The notes under the pieces: generated by a model
Databases searched by the model: none
What the model was told of the DNA's origin: nothing
Seen by the model: the letters and a program-made list of their open reading frames with translations, nothing else
Translations under genes and position numbers: made by a program
Shown: positions 18,711 to 28,387 of the stretch, in pieces
How the letters are laid out: every line of letters begins with the position of its first letter
Position numbering within the stretch: position 1 is the first letter of the stretch
DNA from: Spirochaetia bacterium
Lineage (GTDB): Bacteria > Spirochaetota > Spirochaetia > SZUA-6 > Bin103
Assembly (NCBI GenBank): GCA_965203905.1
Contig: CBDBDQ010000005.1
Span: 5,664,001-5,728,000 of the forward strand
Direction of reading: 5' to 3'
DNA length: 64,000 nt

Positions 18711-19706
18711 CTACCCGTTGGCGCCTTCCGGAGCGAGCAGCTCCTGCGGGATGCGCCCGTGCAGCACGTCGATCACCCCCTGGGCCACCTGTTCCGACAC
18801 CGCCGCCATCGCCTCCGTGGTGAGTCCGCTCAGGTGGGGGGTGATGAGGGTGTTGGGCGTGCGGGTGAGCGGGTGATCGACCGCCAGGGGCTCTTCCTCG
18901 AACACGTCGAGGGCGGCGCCCGCCAGGGTACCCTCCTGTAGCGCGCAGCTCAGCGCCGTCTCGTCGATCACCCCGCCGCGGCAGGTGTTGATCACCCGGC
19001 AGCCGGGTTTCAGCCTGGCGAGCGCAGGCGCATCGATCATGTAGCGCGTCTCGGCGGTGAGGGGGACGTGCAAGGTCACGAAATCGGCGTCGGCGAGCAG
19101 CTCCTCGAGGGTGTCGACGAAGGTCGCCGGGCCCGGGTACGCGGTGCGGTCGACGTAGGGATCGTAGGCGAGCACGCGCATCTCGAGGCCGCGCGCCTTG
19201 CGCGCTACCCGCGTACCGATGCGCCCGAGGCCGATGATGCCGAGGGTCTTGCCGGACACCTCGATACCGAGAAACTGCTCCTTCCGGTAGGGCTGGGCGC
19301 TGCGCAGCGTGGCATCGGCGCTGCTGGTGTTGCGCGCCAGCGCGAGCAGCAGGCCGAGTGCGTGCTCGGCCACGGCATTGGAATTGGCCCCGGGGGTGTA
19401 GATGACCGGCACCCCGCGCCGCGCCGCCGCCGCGCAGTCGATGTTGTCGAGACCGGCGCCATGCTTCGCCACCAGCCTGAGGCTCGGCGCCGCCGCGAGC
19501 TCCGCGTCCCGCACCGGAAACAGTCGCACCACCACGGCGTCAACGGTGGCGAGCCGGCCGCGCAGGCACTCCGTATCGGTGGCACCGGGAGGGCCGTCGC
19601 GCCACGGGACGATGCAGGTGCAGGCGGACTCCAGGATGCGCAGGCCGGAGGCGCCGATCGGTTCGGTGATCAGGACGGTAGGGAGTTCGGTTCGGTGATT
19701 AGTCAC
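18711..19706 (-). CDS. D-2-hydroxyacid dehydrogenase (SerA-like catalytic core)
   Basis: GAGLDNID, GLGRIG, INTCRG, LDVFEEEP, ITPHL; GTG 19706 after GGAG. Confidence 0.9.
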   Translation of the reverse strand: MTNHRTELPTVLITEPIGASGLRILESACTCIVPWRDGPPGATDTECLRGRLATVDAVVVRLFPVRDAELAAAPSLRLVAKHGAGLDNIDCAAAARRGVPVIYTPGANSNAVAEHALGLLLALARNTSSADATLRSAQPYRKEQFLGIEVSGKTLGIIGLGRIGTRVARKARGLEMRVLAYDPYVDRTAYPGPATFVDTLEELLADADFVTLHVPLTAETRYMIDAPALARLKPGCRVINTCRGGVIDETALSCALQEGTLAGAALDVFEEEPLAVDHPLTRTPNTLITPHLSGLTTEAMAAVSEQVAQGVIDVLHGRIPQELLAPEGANG

Positions 19707-19772
19707 AATAACTCCAATTTGCTCGATCAACAGTCCGCAAGACTTGGTTAGATGAGGCGGTCTTGATGCACT

Positions 19773-20828
19773 CTACTCGTGGTCTGGGCGAGCCTGTTGA
19801 TAGAAACGTCGCGTACGACGGATCATGGTCTCGAACAGACCAGGAAGTTTATCCTTCACCATTGTCATAGGGACAACTGAAAATGCTCTATGGACCAGTG
19901 TCTCGGCTGTCACTTGGATCTGCTTTAGAACCTCGATTCTTGAATGAATCGAAATCGGAACCTGTTCGGGAGCTAGTACAAAGATCCACGAGTTTCTCGT
20001 GGGAGCACTTCTGCGCTTGTCGTCTGTCCACTCTAGACCAGCAAAGTGAGGTGCCCAACTCTCCCACACAGATTCGGGAAGTCCAAGTACCACCCCGGCA
20101 CAGCGGTCTTGACCAGAAAGACCGAACTTAAGTATGAGCTGATATATGGTTCGCTTAAAGACGTTGGCAATATTCGGACCTTCTATCTTGCGTCCTAACC
20201 ATGTCTGATTATTCTCCACTTGCTTTCCGAATTCATCAACATGTAGATCGACAGCAGCCTCCAGTGCACGTACGGCATGCCGATAGCTTCCATGGAAATC
20301 CATTGTTTGGATCTCAAGGATACCGTAGCGCTTCAGAAGCAACCAATCGTGCTTAGCGTTGCACTCTATGATCGTGACATCGAAGGAGATCTCCGGGGTA
20401 GTTGATGACCCTGTGACATTCAACTCGCCACCAAGCTTGTCTTGGAAAAAAATATAAATTGTTTCTTTGGAAGCACGCTCAAGGATGTAATTCCGACGGC
20501 TTTCGTCTTGCAGATGCACCACTGGAAAAACGGGTATTTCTTGTCTGTTGTCCGAGAATATCTTGCGCGTTACTTGGTGGATGACTGGTCGCTCCAGAGC
20601 TCTGTATGGGCAGACGATCCAGTCTCTGATGCCTGATTTTGTCGTAGAAACAGTGCAGACACCGGCACTATTGGGACTCTTGATGCAGGCTGTCGGTGTT
20701 TCGAGTGCGTCACTAAGGAAGGGACATCTCTTTTGCTGAAACAGACGGATTGCATCCGAGGAACAAGACACGGATGGAAAGAGACGCACGCCGTACCACT
20801 CCGAGATAAAGTTCGACGTAGTGCTCAT
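19773..20828 (-). CDS. NotI-family type II restriction endonuclease
   Basis: CPF..C.K..GVC..WIVCPYR Cys4 motif, EIQTMDFHGSY, GPNIANVFKR; lower GC. Confidence 0.8.
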   Translation of the reverse strand: MSTTSNFISEWYGVRLFPSVSCSSDAIRLFQQKRCPFLSDALETPTACIKSPNSAGVCTVSTTKSGIRDWIVCPYRALERPVIHQVTRKIFSDNRQEIPVFPVVHLQDESRRNYILERASKETIYIFFQDKLGGELNVTGSSTTPEISFDVTIIECNAKHDWLLLKRYGILEIQTMDFHGSYRHAVRALEAAVDLHVDEFGKQVENNQTWLGRKIEGPNIANVFKRTIYQLILKFGLSGQDRCAGVVLGLPESVWESWAPHFAGLEWTDDKRRSAPTRNSWIFVLAPEQVPISIHSRIEVLKQIQVTAETLVHRAFSVVPMTMVKDKLPGLFETMIRRTRRFYQQARPDHE

Positions 20829-21898
20829 TCGCCGCCAAGGAACTTGTCAGCAAGCTCGAAGCCCACGGCGTTACGGCCTGTCTCAGCGGCACACCACAAG
20901 GCAGATCCGGTGCCACAGAATGGATCTAGGACAAGACCGTCTGGCGGACTCGAACTTAATATCCGAGGTCTGATCAGCTGGATTGGAAAAGTAGCCGAAT
21001 GACCGTTTCTTCCCGGCCGAACGTTGCACTTGACCACGTCCAACTCATACTCCTCGACTTCAGAGAGATCGTAGTAGTACTTTGCCCTTCCTTCCTTGGG
21101 GCGTTTCACGAAATGAAAAAAATGTTCGTGCGCAAGACGTAGCCGATCTTTCTCTGGACGAGGCGGCACATTAGGCTTAAACCAGATCAGGTCGTTGCGC
21201 AATATCCATCTCTCGTTTTCCATCGCGATGGCAAACCGAGATGGAACCAACAATAATTGTTTTTCCTGGAGGTAGCGACCCATTGGAGTCCGCCTGCGAA
21301 TGCGGTCGTTGTTGCCGAGTCCTTGTCGACCGTCATCTCTGATGCTCGCCCACCTGGCAAAGTAGGTGTCGCCGACATTCACCCATATGCTTCCGTGGTC
21401 TTTGAGCTTCGTCATGGCCTTGGAGAAGAACGCCACAAGATGGTCCACGTACCACTCGGGAAGTGGCTCTAATCCGAGTACTCCACCATTTTTTTTGTAC
21501 CAATCCCACGGTGGTGAATCTCGATGGCCAGTCTCTTCTTCCCACGCATCAAGGATATGCCAGTTGTGTTCTAACCCATATGTCCGTTGCCCCCAGTAGG
21601 GAGGACTGGTAATGATCAAATCCACCGAAGCGTCATCGATCTGCTCGATTAGATGAAAGGCATCTCCTTTGCGGATCTGGCACCGTGCATCTCCTCCTTG
21701 TGGATAGTTTCGCAATGAAGAGTCAGGAACCGAGTCTACTTCAGCTGCCGGATCTACGAACACATCGAAGTGTAGTTGGCGGTCCGCAATGCGCTGCGGA
21801 GTGGAAAGACCGGGAGGGTAAGAAATTGGAGCATGCTCGCCTGCCTCAGCGGCCGTCCTCGTGGGGCCCGCCTCAGGGCCTTTCCCAGGATTCTTCAC
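20825..21898 (-). CDS. N4-cytosine DNA methyltransferase (beta class)
   Basis: ITSPPYW precedes VLDPFCGTGS; HSATFP; ATGA overlap with the endonuclease. Confidence 0.9.
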   Translation of the reverse strand: MKNPGKGPEAGPTRTAAEAGEHAPISYPPGLSTPQRIADRQLHFDVFVDPAAEVDSVPDSSLRNYPQGGDARCQIRKGDAFHLIEQIDDASVDLIITSPPYWGQRTYGLEHNWHILDAWEEETGHRDSPPWDWYKKNGGVLGLEPLPEWYVDHLVAFFSKAMTKLKDHGSIWVNVGDTYFARWASIRDDGRQGLGNNDRIRRRTPMGRYLQEKQLLLVPSRFAIAMENERWILRNDLIWFKPNVPPRPEKDRLRLAHEHFFHFVKRPKEGRAKYYYDLSEVEEYELDVVKCNVRPGRNGHSATFPIQLIRPRILSSSPPDGLVLDPFCGTGSALWCAAETGRNAVGFELADKFLGGE

Positions 21899-22145
21899 CC
21901 GGATATTCCTAGACCCATCGCTTCATCTCTTGAACCTGATGTCCGATCACCTGGTTGCCCGGGGTACCCTGCGGGTGTGCACTCTGGTGGCTTGATAGCG
22001 TCGCACATGGAATCAGGTGACATAGTAACCCGCCGATGGGCGGTGGACAACTCATTTGGTCTTTGGAGGTCTTGGAGTGCCACCTTGAAGGTTCCACCTT
22101 ACGACCGCGGATCACCAAGCACGATCCAGGGTACTCTATAGCCAC

Positions 22146-23210
22146 GTGCTGCCCAACCCGTCGATGTTCGGCTCTGCCCTCTCCGACCTGCTGACCGGCT
22201 CCGGCAACAAGCGTGAGCGGCCCGACTTTCGGCAGTCGTTCTACCTCGCCCTGGCCAAGGTGCTCGGTGCCGCGGCGTGGATCGACGGGCCGATCAACCA
22301 GGCCGAGGTCAACGTCGTCAAGAGCCTGCTCAACGAGCTGTCGCCGCGGCTCACGACGCGCGAGCTGCAGCGGGTGCAGCGCTACCTGGCCGAACCGGTA
22401 CCGCGGGAACACTGGACCGAGTTGCTGGCCACGCTCAGCGAGTTCACGCGGCGCCGGGCGCGGCTGCAGTTCGCCCTGGAGCGCCTGCAAGCCCTGCTGG
22501 ACGCCGACGGGACACCCACCCAGGCGGAGAACGACCTGTATCACCAGGCGCAGACCCTGCTGGGCTGGCGCGACCTGGAGCGCGGCCCCGCTACGGGCGG
22601 TGATGCGGCGGATCCGGCCGTAGCGGAGCCGGAGAGCGCGAACCAGCGGGACCGCGCGCCTGCCGAGGCTGCCGCCGTGCCGTCCGCGGGCCAGGCGCCG
22701 GCCGCCGCACACGAGGACCCTGAGCCGGGACCGGCCGAGGGAGGCATTCGTCTCGGAGACCTCGATCCCGAGCGGCGCACGACCGCATCCCCGGCCTTCG
22801 TCGACCGGGTGCTCGCAGCAGCCGCGGCGCGGCTTCCGGGGAGCGGCGGCGGCAGGTACCCGCCGCGCAAGCTGGCGGTGCTCGCGGCCGCGCTGGCGCA
22901 CGTCACCATGCGCCGCGCCGCCACCGAGGGCGAGGACGCGGAGCTGGTCGGCTTCGCGGCCGCCGTCAGCGGCGTGGACGACGCGGCGGCGGAGGCGGTG
23001 GTGGAAGCGGCGCGCGAACAGCCGGCGACCGGTGCGGAGCTCGCCGAGCTGGCTGCCGAACTGGGCGTCTTGACCAGTCCGGTGGAGATCGCCGCGCTGG
23101 CCAAGCTGCTCAATGCCATGGCCGACGGCGAAGCCGCGCTGCGCCGTCTGCGAGGCCTGGCCCGAATGGCTGAGCGACCGCGGCCCGGCGACCGCGCCGG
23201 CCGCACCTGA
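22146..23210 (+). CDS. TerB-like domain protein
   Basis: AAAWIDGPINQAE and LLDADGTPTQAE TerB metal motifs, a low-complexity linker, then a second degenerate helical domain. Confidence 0.7.
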   Translation: MLPNPSMFGSALSDLLTGSGNKRERPDFRQSFYLALAKVLGAAAWIDGPINQAEVNVVKSLLNELSPRLTTRELQRVQRYLAEPVPREHWTELLATLSEFTRRRARLQFALERLQALLDADGTPTQAENDLYHQAQTLLGWRDLERGPATGGDAADPAVAEPESANQRDRAPAEAAAVPSAGQAPAAAHEDPEPGPAEGGIRLGDLDPERRTTASPAFVDRVLAAAAARLPGSGGGRYPPRKLAVLAAALAHVTMRRAATEGEDAELVGFAAAVSGVDDAAAEAVVEAAREQPATGAELAELAAELGVLTSPVEIAALAKLLNAMADGEAALRRLRGLARMAERPRPGDRAGRT

Positions 23211-23266
23211 CCGCGCGAACCGGGCGGACCGGAGACATCGCGGATCGCGGAGCGGATGCCTCTGCC

Positions 23267-24451
23267 CTACTCGGCGTCGGGCAGGCTGCGCAGGATCTCG
23301 TAGCAGGCGCCGAGCGGATGGTAGTCGGTCTTGCTCGGCGGGCTCTTCTTGTCGTCGTAGCGTTGCCCGCTGCGATCCAGCACCCGGTACCAGGCACCGT
23401 GGGTGTGATCGACGAAGTAGCGGTCGGCGTAGTCCCAGGCGCGATCGTACCAGTCCCAGTAGCGTGCCTCCCCGGTGCGGGCGGCGAGCACCGCGGCGGC
23501 GGCTACCGTCTCCGCCAGCACCCAGTAGTAGCGGTCGGTGTCGAGAATCGTGCCGTCGGGGGCGAAGGTGTAGTGCATGCCGCCCCGCTCCTCGTCCCAG
23601 CTTCGCTCCAGGGCGGTATCGAACAGGCGCCGCGCGGTCTCCGCCTGCCACGGCTCGGGCCGGTGCCGCTCCAGGATCAGCAGCAGCTTGCTCCACTCCA
23701 CGAAGTGGCCGGGCAGGTAGCCGTAGGGACGGAACAGGTTCTTGGGATCGTCGCGGTTGTACTCCCAGTCGTGCTTCCAGTCGGTGGTGTAGTGCTCCCA
23801 CACCAGCCCCTGCGCCGGCGCCGCCAGCTCGACGCAGACGCGCCGCGCCAGGGTATGGGCGCGCGCCAGGTAGCGCTCCTCGGCCGTGGCCTCGAACGCG
23901 GCCAGCATCGCCTCGCACATATGCATGTTGGCGTTCTGGCCCCGGTACGGGGAGACGGCGCTCCAGTCTCCCGCCGCGATCTCGTCGGCGTAGAGCCGGG
24001 CGTCCGGCTCCCAGAAGCGGTCTTCCAGCAGGTCGTGAACCGAGCCGGTCACCGCGGCGGCGCCCGGCATCCCTACCCGTGCCGCCATCGCCGCCGCCAG
24101 CAGCACGAAGGCGTGGCCATAGCAGTGGCGGGCGCCGTCCTCCACCCCGCCGGCCCCCAGCTCCCAGGCGTAGCCGCCGTCCGGCTGGCGGTGCGCGGAC
24201 TGCAAGAACTCGATGCCGTGAGCGGCCGCGGAGCGGTATTCGTCGCGCTCGAACAGCTCGGCCGCGACCGCGTAGTTGAACACGAAGCGGCAGGTGCCCA
24301 CCAGGTGCTTGGTGTCGCGGTCGTAGATGGTGCCGTCGTCTGTGAACTGGTTGATATAGCCGCCGCGCTCGCGGTCGATGCAGTCCGGATGATAGAAATC
24401 GATGATCCGCTGTATGTGATCGCGGAGCACCTGGGGGTCGCGGTAGTTCAT
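23267..24451 (-). CDS. AGE-family sugar epimerase/isomerase (YihS / mannose isomerase-like)
   Basis: YGHAFVLLA, YRGQNANMH, PGHFVEW, YWVLAE, KTDYH; ATG 24451. Confidence 0.9.
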   Translation of the reverse strand: MNYRDPQVLRDHIQRIIDFYHPDCIDRERGGYINQFTDDGTIYDRDTKHLVGTCRFVFNYAVAAELFERDEYRSAAAHGIEFLQSAHRQPDGGYAWELGAGGVEDGARHCYGHAFVLLAAAMAARVGMPGAAAVTGSVHDLLEDRFWEPDARLYADEIAAGDWSAVSPYRGQNANMHMCEAMLAAFEATAEERYLARAHTLARRVCVELAAPAQGLVWEHYTTDWKHDWEYNRDDPKNLFRPYGYLPGHFVEWSKLLLILERHRPEPWQAETARRLFDTALERSWDEERGGMHYTFAPDGTILDTDRYYWVLAETVAAAAVLAARTGEARYWDWYDRAWDYADRYFVDHTHGAWYRVLDRSGQRYDDKKSPPSKTDYHPLGACYEILRSLPDAE

Positions 24452-24465
24452 CGCATGCCCCTGCG

Positions 24466-25233
24466 TTACTGGTTCTTGCCCACGACACCGGGCTGATGCT
24501 GGTTGGCGCCCATCAGTTGCCGCACCAGCTCCGATGGGTTGTCCAGGTCCGCCAGTTGCGCGCGCATGTCCTCCTGGGTCACGTAGATGGGCCGGATGAA
24601 CATCCCCAGCAGGGCACTGCGCGGCGCGTTGGAGGTGTTGGGACGGGCGGTGTGCCAGGTCGCCCCGTGCATCACCATCACGCTGCCGCGAATCCCGGTC
24701 AGGACCTCGGCGTCGGGGTTCCACTCGGAGGCGGTCTCCGGCGCCGGCCGATGCCCCTTGCGGTGGCTGAAAGGGACGAGCCCGGTGCCTCCGTTCTCGG
24801 CCGAGAAGTCGTTCAGCATCCACATTGTCTGTCCGCTGATGCGGTCGCTCGGCCACGGCTGATTGAGCCGCTGATAGGGCCAGTCGGGATGCCAGCCGTA
24901 GCGGTTGTAGCCGGGATACGTGGTGTTGGCGGTCCACGTGGCGCAGATCACGTCCGGGTCGAGGTAGCGCCGCCAGATCGCCACGATCAGGGGATGGGTC
25001 AGCAGCTCCAGGAAGATCGGGTGCTTGACCGCAATCCGGGCCACCCGCTGGGTCCTCCTCTCGCGGCTCGTTTCATCACCCTCATCCGCCAGGATGCGCT
25101 CCAGGATGGTGCGCGCCCGGTCCGCCTTCTCTACCGGGATCACCGACGGGATGACGCAATACCCGCGTTCGTCGATCTCGGCGATGATTCCCGCAACGTC
25201 GTGACCACCGTTCGACCCGTTTTCCGCACTCAT
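24466..25233 (-). CDS. PhyH family Fe(II)/2OG oxygenase
   Basis: GYCVIP, GWHPD, DFSAENGGT..VPFSH, TWH..N...R; ATG 25233. Confidence 0.88.
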   Translation of the reverse strand: MSAENGSNGGHDVAGIIAEIDERGYCVIPSVIPVEKADRARTILERILADEGDETSRERRTQRVARIAVKHPIFLELLTHPLIVAIWRRYLDPDVICATWTANTTYPGYNRYGWHPDWPYQRLNQPWPSDRISGQTMWMLNDFSAENGGTGLVPFSHRKGHRPAPETASEWNPDAEVLTGIRGSVMVMHGATWHTARPNTSNAPRSALLGMFIRPIYVTQEDMRAQLADLDNPSELVRQLMGANQHQPGVVGKNQ

Positions 25234-25303
25234 GCCCTGCTCCCTCTCCAGTCTCCGAAGTATACCCAACCCGCGGCGCTTCCTGGACCCACCGCCAGCG
25301 CGC

Positions 25304-25390
25304 CTACTCGTACAGGAAGCACTTGATGAGAACCCCGTCCACCTCGACGTCCTGCGGCATCTCCTGCCGGCACTTCTCCATCCCCTCGGG
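25304..25390 (-). pseudogene. 3' remnant of an oligopeptide ABC ATPase (OppD/F C-terminus)
   Basis: PEGMEKCRQEMPQDVEVDGVLIKCFLYE* resembles the Cys-rich oligo_HPY tail; the upstream gene is absent. Confidence 0.45.
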
Positions 25391-25497
25391 ATTGAATCTG
25401 CGGAGCACGTAAGGCCCGATGTTCGTGTTGTCACGAATCGGGATCTTGGCTAAACTTCGGCCATACCAACTACTTGGCGCGCAGGAGGATACTGGAC

Positions 25498-26544
25498 ATG
25501 GCCGAAGCCGACCTCACGGGGCAAGCGGTACGGGGCCCCAAGGCACGCGGAGAGTGGCAGCCGGAGTCGCTGCCGAAGCCTTCGCCGCTGTTTACCTGGC
25601 CGCTCAAGCTGGTTCCGATCCTGAAGATGCTGTTCGGGCACGACGGCTTGCTGTGGCCGAAGAACGCCGTCTACATGGGGATTGCAGTCGTCGCGTGGCT
25701 GTTTTTCACTCCCGACCTGTCACGCACCGGCACCTTCGCGGTGGGCTGGATCGCAGAGATCTATCTGCGCAACGCGGCACTGTTGCTGGTGATCGCGGGC
25801 GGCCTGCACCTGCGGCTGTACGTCAAGCGTGCCCAGGAGCAGCGCTACAAATTCAACCCGCGCTGGCTGATGTCCGACAGCAGGGCGTTCCTGTTCGGCA
25901 ATCAGACGCGCGACAACATCTTCTGGAACTTCGCCAGCGGGGTCACCATCTGGACCGGCTACGAGGCCGTGACGCTGTGGGCCTACTCCAACGCGATCAT
26001 CCCCTACGTGGACTGGGCCAGGCACCCCGTCTACTGCGTATTCATGATGGTGTTCATCCTGCTGCTGCGGCAGGCGCACTTCTACTGGACCCATCGCCTC
26101 ACGCACTGGAAGCCGCTGTACAAGGCCGCGCACTACCTGCACCACAAGAACGTCAACATCGGGCCGTGGTCGGGCCTGTCGATGCACCCGATCGAGCATC
26201 TGCTCTACTTCTCCGGGGTACTGCTGCACTGGATCATCCCCTCGCACCCGCTGCACGCCATCTTCCACCTGGTGCACACCGGCCTCAGTCCGGCGGCCGG
26301 GCACGCCGGCTTCTACAAGTTCGAGATCAACGACAAGCACGTGATGAGCAACGGCGGGTACTTCCACTACCTGCACCACCGCTACTTCGACTGCAACTAC
26401 GGCAACGAGGGGGTGCCCCTGGACAAGTGGTTCGGCAGCTTCCACGACGGGTCTCCCGAGGCGCACAAGGCGATGCGCCAGCGCAAGCGGTCGCTGGGCA
26501 AGCGCGGGGCTCCGGTGGCCCTGGACGCGGTCCACAACGAGTAG
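25498..26544 (+). CDS. Sterol desaturase / fatty acid hydroxylase family
   Basis: His boxes HRLTH, HYLHH, GH, HYLHH; NYG..LDKWFGSF; AGGAGG RBS. Confidence 0.9.
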   Translation: MAEADLTGQAVRGPKARGEWQPESLPKPSPLFTWPLKLVPILKMLFGHDGLLWPKNAVYMGIAVVAWLFFTPDLSRTGTFAVGWIAEIYLRNAALLLVIAGGLHLRLYVKRAQEQRYKFNPRWLMSDSRAFLFGNQTRDNIFWNFASGVTIWTGYEAVTLWAYSNAIIPYVDWARHPVYCVFMMVFILLLRQAHFYWTHRLTHWKPLYKAAHYLHHKNVNIGPWSGLSMHPIEHLLYFSGVLLHWIIPSHPLHAIFHLVHTGLSPAAGHAGFYKFEINDKHVMSNGGYFHYLHHRYFDCNYGNEGVPLDKWFGSFHDGSPEAHKAMRQRKRSLGKRGAPVALDAVHNE

Positions 26545-26552
26545 GGCGCACT

Positions 26553-26577
26553 AGCCGGCGCGGTCGACGCGCCGGCT
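26553..26577. terminator. GC-rich stem-loop
   Basis: AGCCGGCGCG-GTCGA-CGCGCCGGCT, no U-tract. Confidence 0.4.
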
Positions 26578-26642
26578 CACCAAGACACGACACGCGGCGT
26601 GACCCACGCGACTTCAACTGAAGCGCCGCACCCGCCAGCGCG

Positions 26643-27503
26643 GTGACCGGGGCTGCCCTGACCGGCAGCACCGCGGTCGTCACCGGAGCCAACTCCGGGG
26701 TCGGCCGCTCGGTCACCGAGCTGCTGCTGGCGGCCGGCGCCGCGGTGACGCTGGTGTGCCGTGACCGGCAGCGCGGTGAACAGGCGTTGGCCGAGATGGA
26801 GGCCGCCCATCCGGGTTCGGTCGCGACGCTGGAGACCGCCGACCTCGCTGCATTCGAATCGGTACGCGAGCTTGGCGGGCGCCTGCACCAGCGGCTGGCG
26901 CGGATCGACATCCTGGTGAACAACGCCGGTGCGTGGCGCAACCGGCTGGAACTGACCGGCGACGGATTCGAACGCACCCTGGCCACCAATCACCTGGGCC
27001 ATTTTTTGCTCACCCATCTGCTGCTGGAGCGGCTGCAGGACGGCGCACAGATCGTAAACGTCAGCTCCGAGGCACACCGCAGCGCCGACCTGCGCCGCGC
27101 GCCGCTGGAAGAAATCGTGCGCGGGCGGGCGTGGAAGGGAGGATTTCGGGCTTATGCCGACTCCAAGCTGGCCAACCTGTTGTTCACGTTGGAGGCGGTG
27201 CGCCGGTGGGAGGGAACCGGAATCACCGTCAATGCGCTGCACCCCGGGGCATTGGCAACCCGCATCTGGAACCAGAATCCCGGCGCCTTCGGGTGGCTGT
27301 TGGGATTGGTGAAGCTGTTCCTGCGCAAGCCTCAAGTCGGCGGTGAGGCGGTGCTGTGCCTGGTCGAGCAACCGCCGCAGGACCGGGTCTCGGGACGCTA
27401 CTTCAGAGTGAAGACGGAGTCCGCGCCGATCGAGCAGGCCCGTGATCGCGAACTGGCCGCCGCGCTGTGGGAACAGAGCGCGGCGTGGACCGGGCTCGCC
27501 TGA
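26643..27503 (+). CDS. SDR oxidoreductase (retinol dehydrogenase-like)
   Basis: TGANSGVG, NHLGHFLLT, YADSKLAN, LHPG. Confidence 0.9.
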   Translation: MTGAALTGSTAVVTGANSGVGRSVTELLLAAGAAVTLVCRDRQRGEQALAEMEAAHPGSVATLETADLAAFESVRELGGRLHQRLARIDILVNNAGAWRNRLELTGDGFERTLATNHLGHFLLTHLLLERLQDGAQIVNVSSEAHRSADLRRAPLEEIVRGRAWKGGFRAYADSKLANLLFTLEAVRRWEGTGITVNALHPGALATRIWNQNPGAFGWLLGLVKLFLRKPQVGGEAVLCLVEQPPQDRVSGRYFRVKTESAPIEQARDRELAAALWEQSAAWTGLA

Positions 27504-27519
27504 CGCGACCGGGGGCTCA

Positions 27520-28378
27520 ATGCGGCCGAAGGTGGCGGTCCTCGGCGCCGGCGCGATGGGATCCCTGTTCGGCAGCCAGCTCGCCGAGGGCGGCCTGGAC
27601 GTAACCCTGATCGACATCTGGCGCGAGCACGTCGACGCCATCAACGACGGCGGCCTGCGCATCGTCGGGCATCGCGGCGAGCACCGGGTGCACGTTGCCG
27701 CAACCACCGACCCCGCCGCCCGCGGGGCCGCGGACGTGGTGCTGGTGCAGTGCAAGGCCGCGAGCACCACCGCGGCCGTGCGCAACGCCCTCGACGCCGG
27801 CCTGTTCCGCGACGACACCGTGGCCATCAGCTTCCAGAACGGCCTCGGCAACGAGGAGATGATCGCCGCCGTGCTCGGCACCGAGCGCGTGCTCGGTGGC
27901 GTTACCGCCCAGGGGGCCAGCATCGAGGCGCCCGGCTGTATCCGCAGCTACGCCGACCTGCCCAGCCAGATCGGGGAGATGGAGGGCGGCGCCAGCGAAC
28001 GCGCCACCGCCATCGCGCGCGCCTTCAGCGAGCATGGCCTGGAGACCACCGCCAGTGCCCACATCCGCCACGACATCTGGAAGAAGCTGATGGTCAACGT
28101 GGGAATCAGCGCCATGTCGGGCATCACCAAACTCACCATCGGCGATGCGGTCGCCATCCCGGAGTTGCGCCGGATGGGCTACGGCGCGGTAGCGGAGGCG
28201 GTCCCGGTGGCGCAGGCCGACGGTGTGGAGCTGACCCACGAGGAGAGCCGCGAAGTGCTGGACCTGGTGATCGGGCGCCGTGGTCGCCCGCGCCGAAAGT
28301 TACGGGATCGAGACCCCGATCAACGCCACGCTGGTGGCGCTGGTGAAGGGACTGGAGTCTCACTACCTGGCGCGCTGA
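27520..28378 (+). pseudogene. panE: Ketopantoate reductase family, internal deletion and frameshift
   Basis: GAGAMG, QCKA, FQNGLGN, WKKLMVN. After LDLVIG (about 28273) the C-terminus GAVVARAESYGIETPINATLVALVKG lies in another frame and the SM..D...RxTE segment is missing. Confidence 0.75.
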
Positions 28379-28387
28379 CCGCTACGC

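Noticed and set aside
21895-22083. 62-aa ORF upstream of the MTase as a possible controller (C) protein
   Set aside because: No HTH pattern or RBS; composition is not protein-like.
21909-24488. 859-aa minus-strand ORF and other long Arg/Ala/Pro-rich ORFs (for example 4418-6148, 7193-8902, 49776-51650, 57890-59980)
   Set aside because: Shadow frames of high-GC genes; they overlap well-supported CDSs and carry no motifs.
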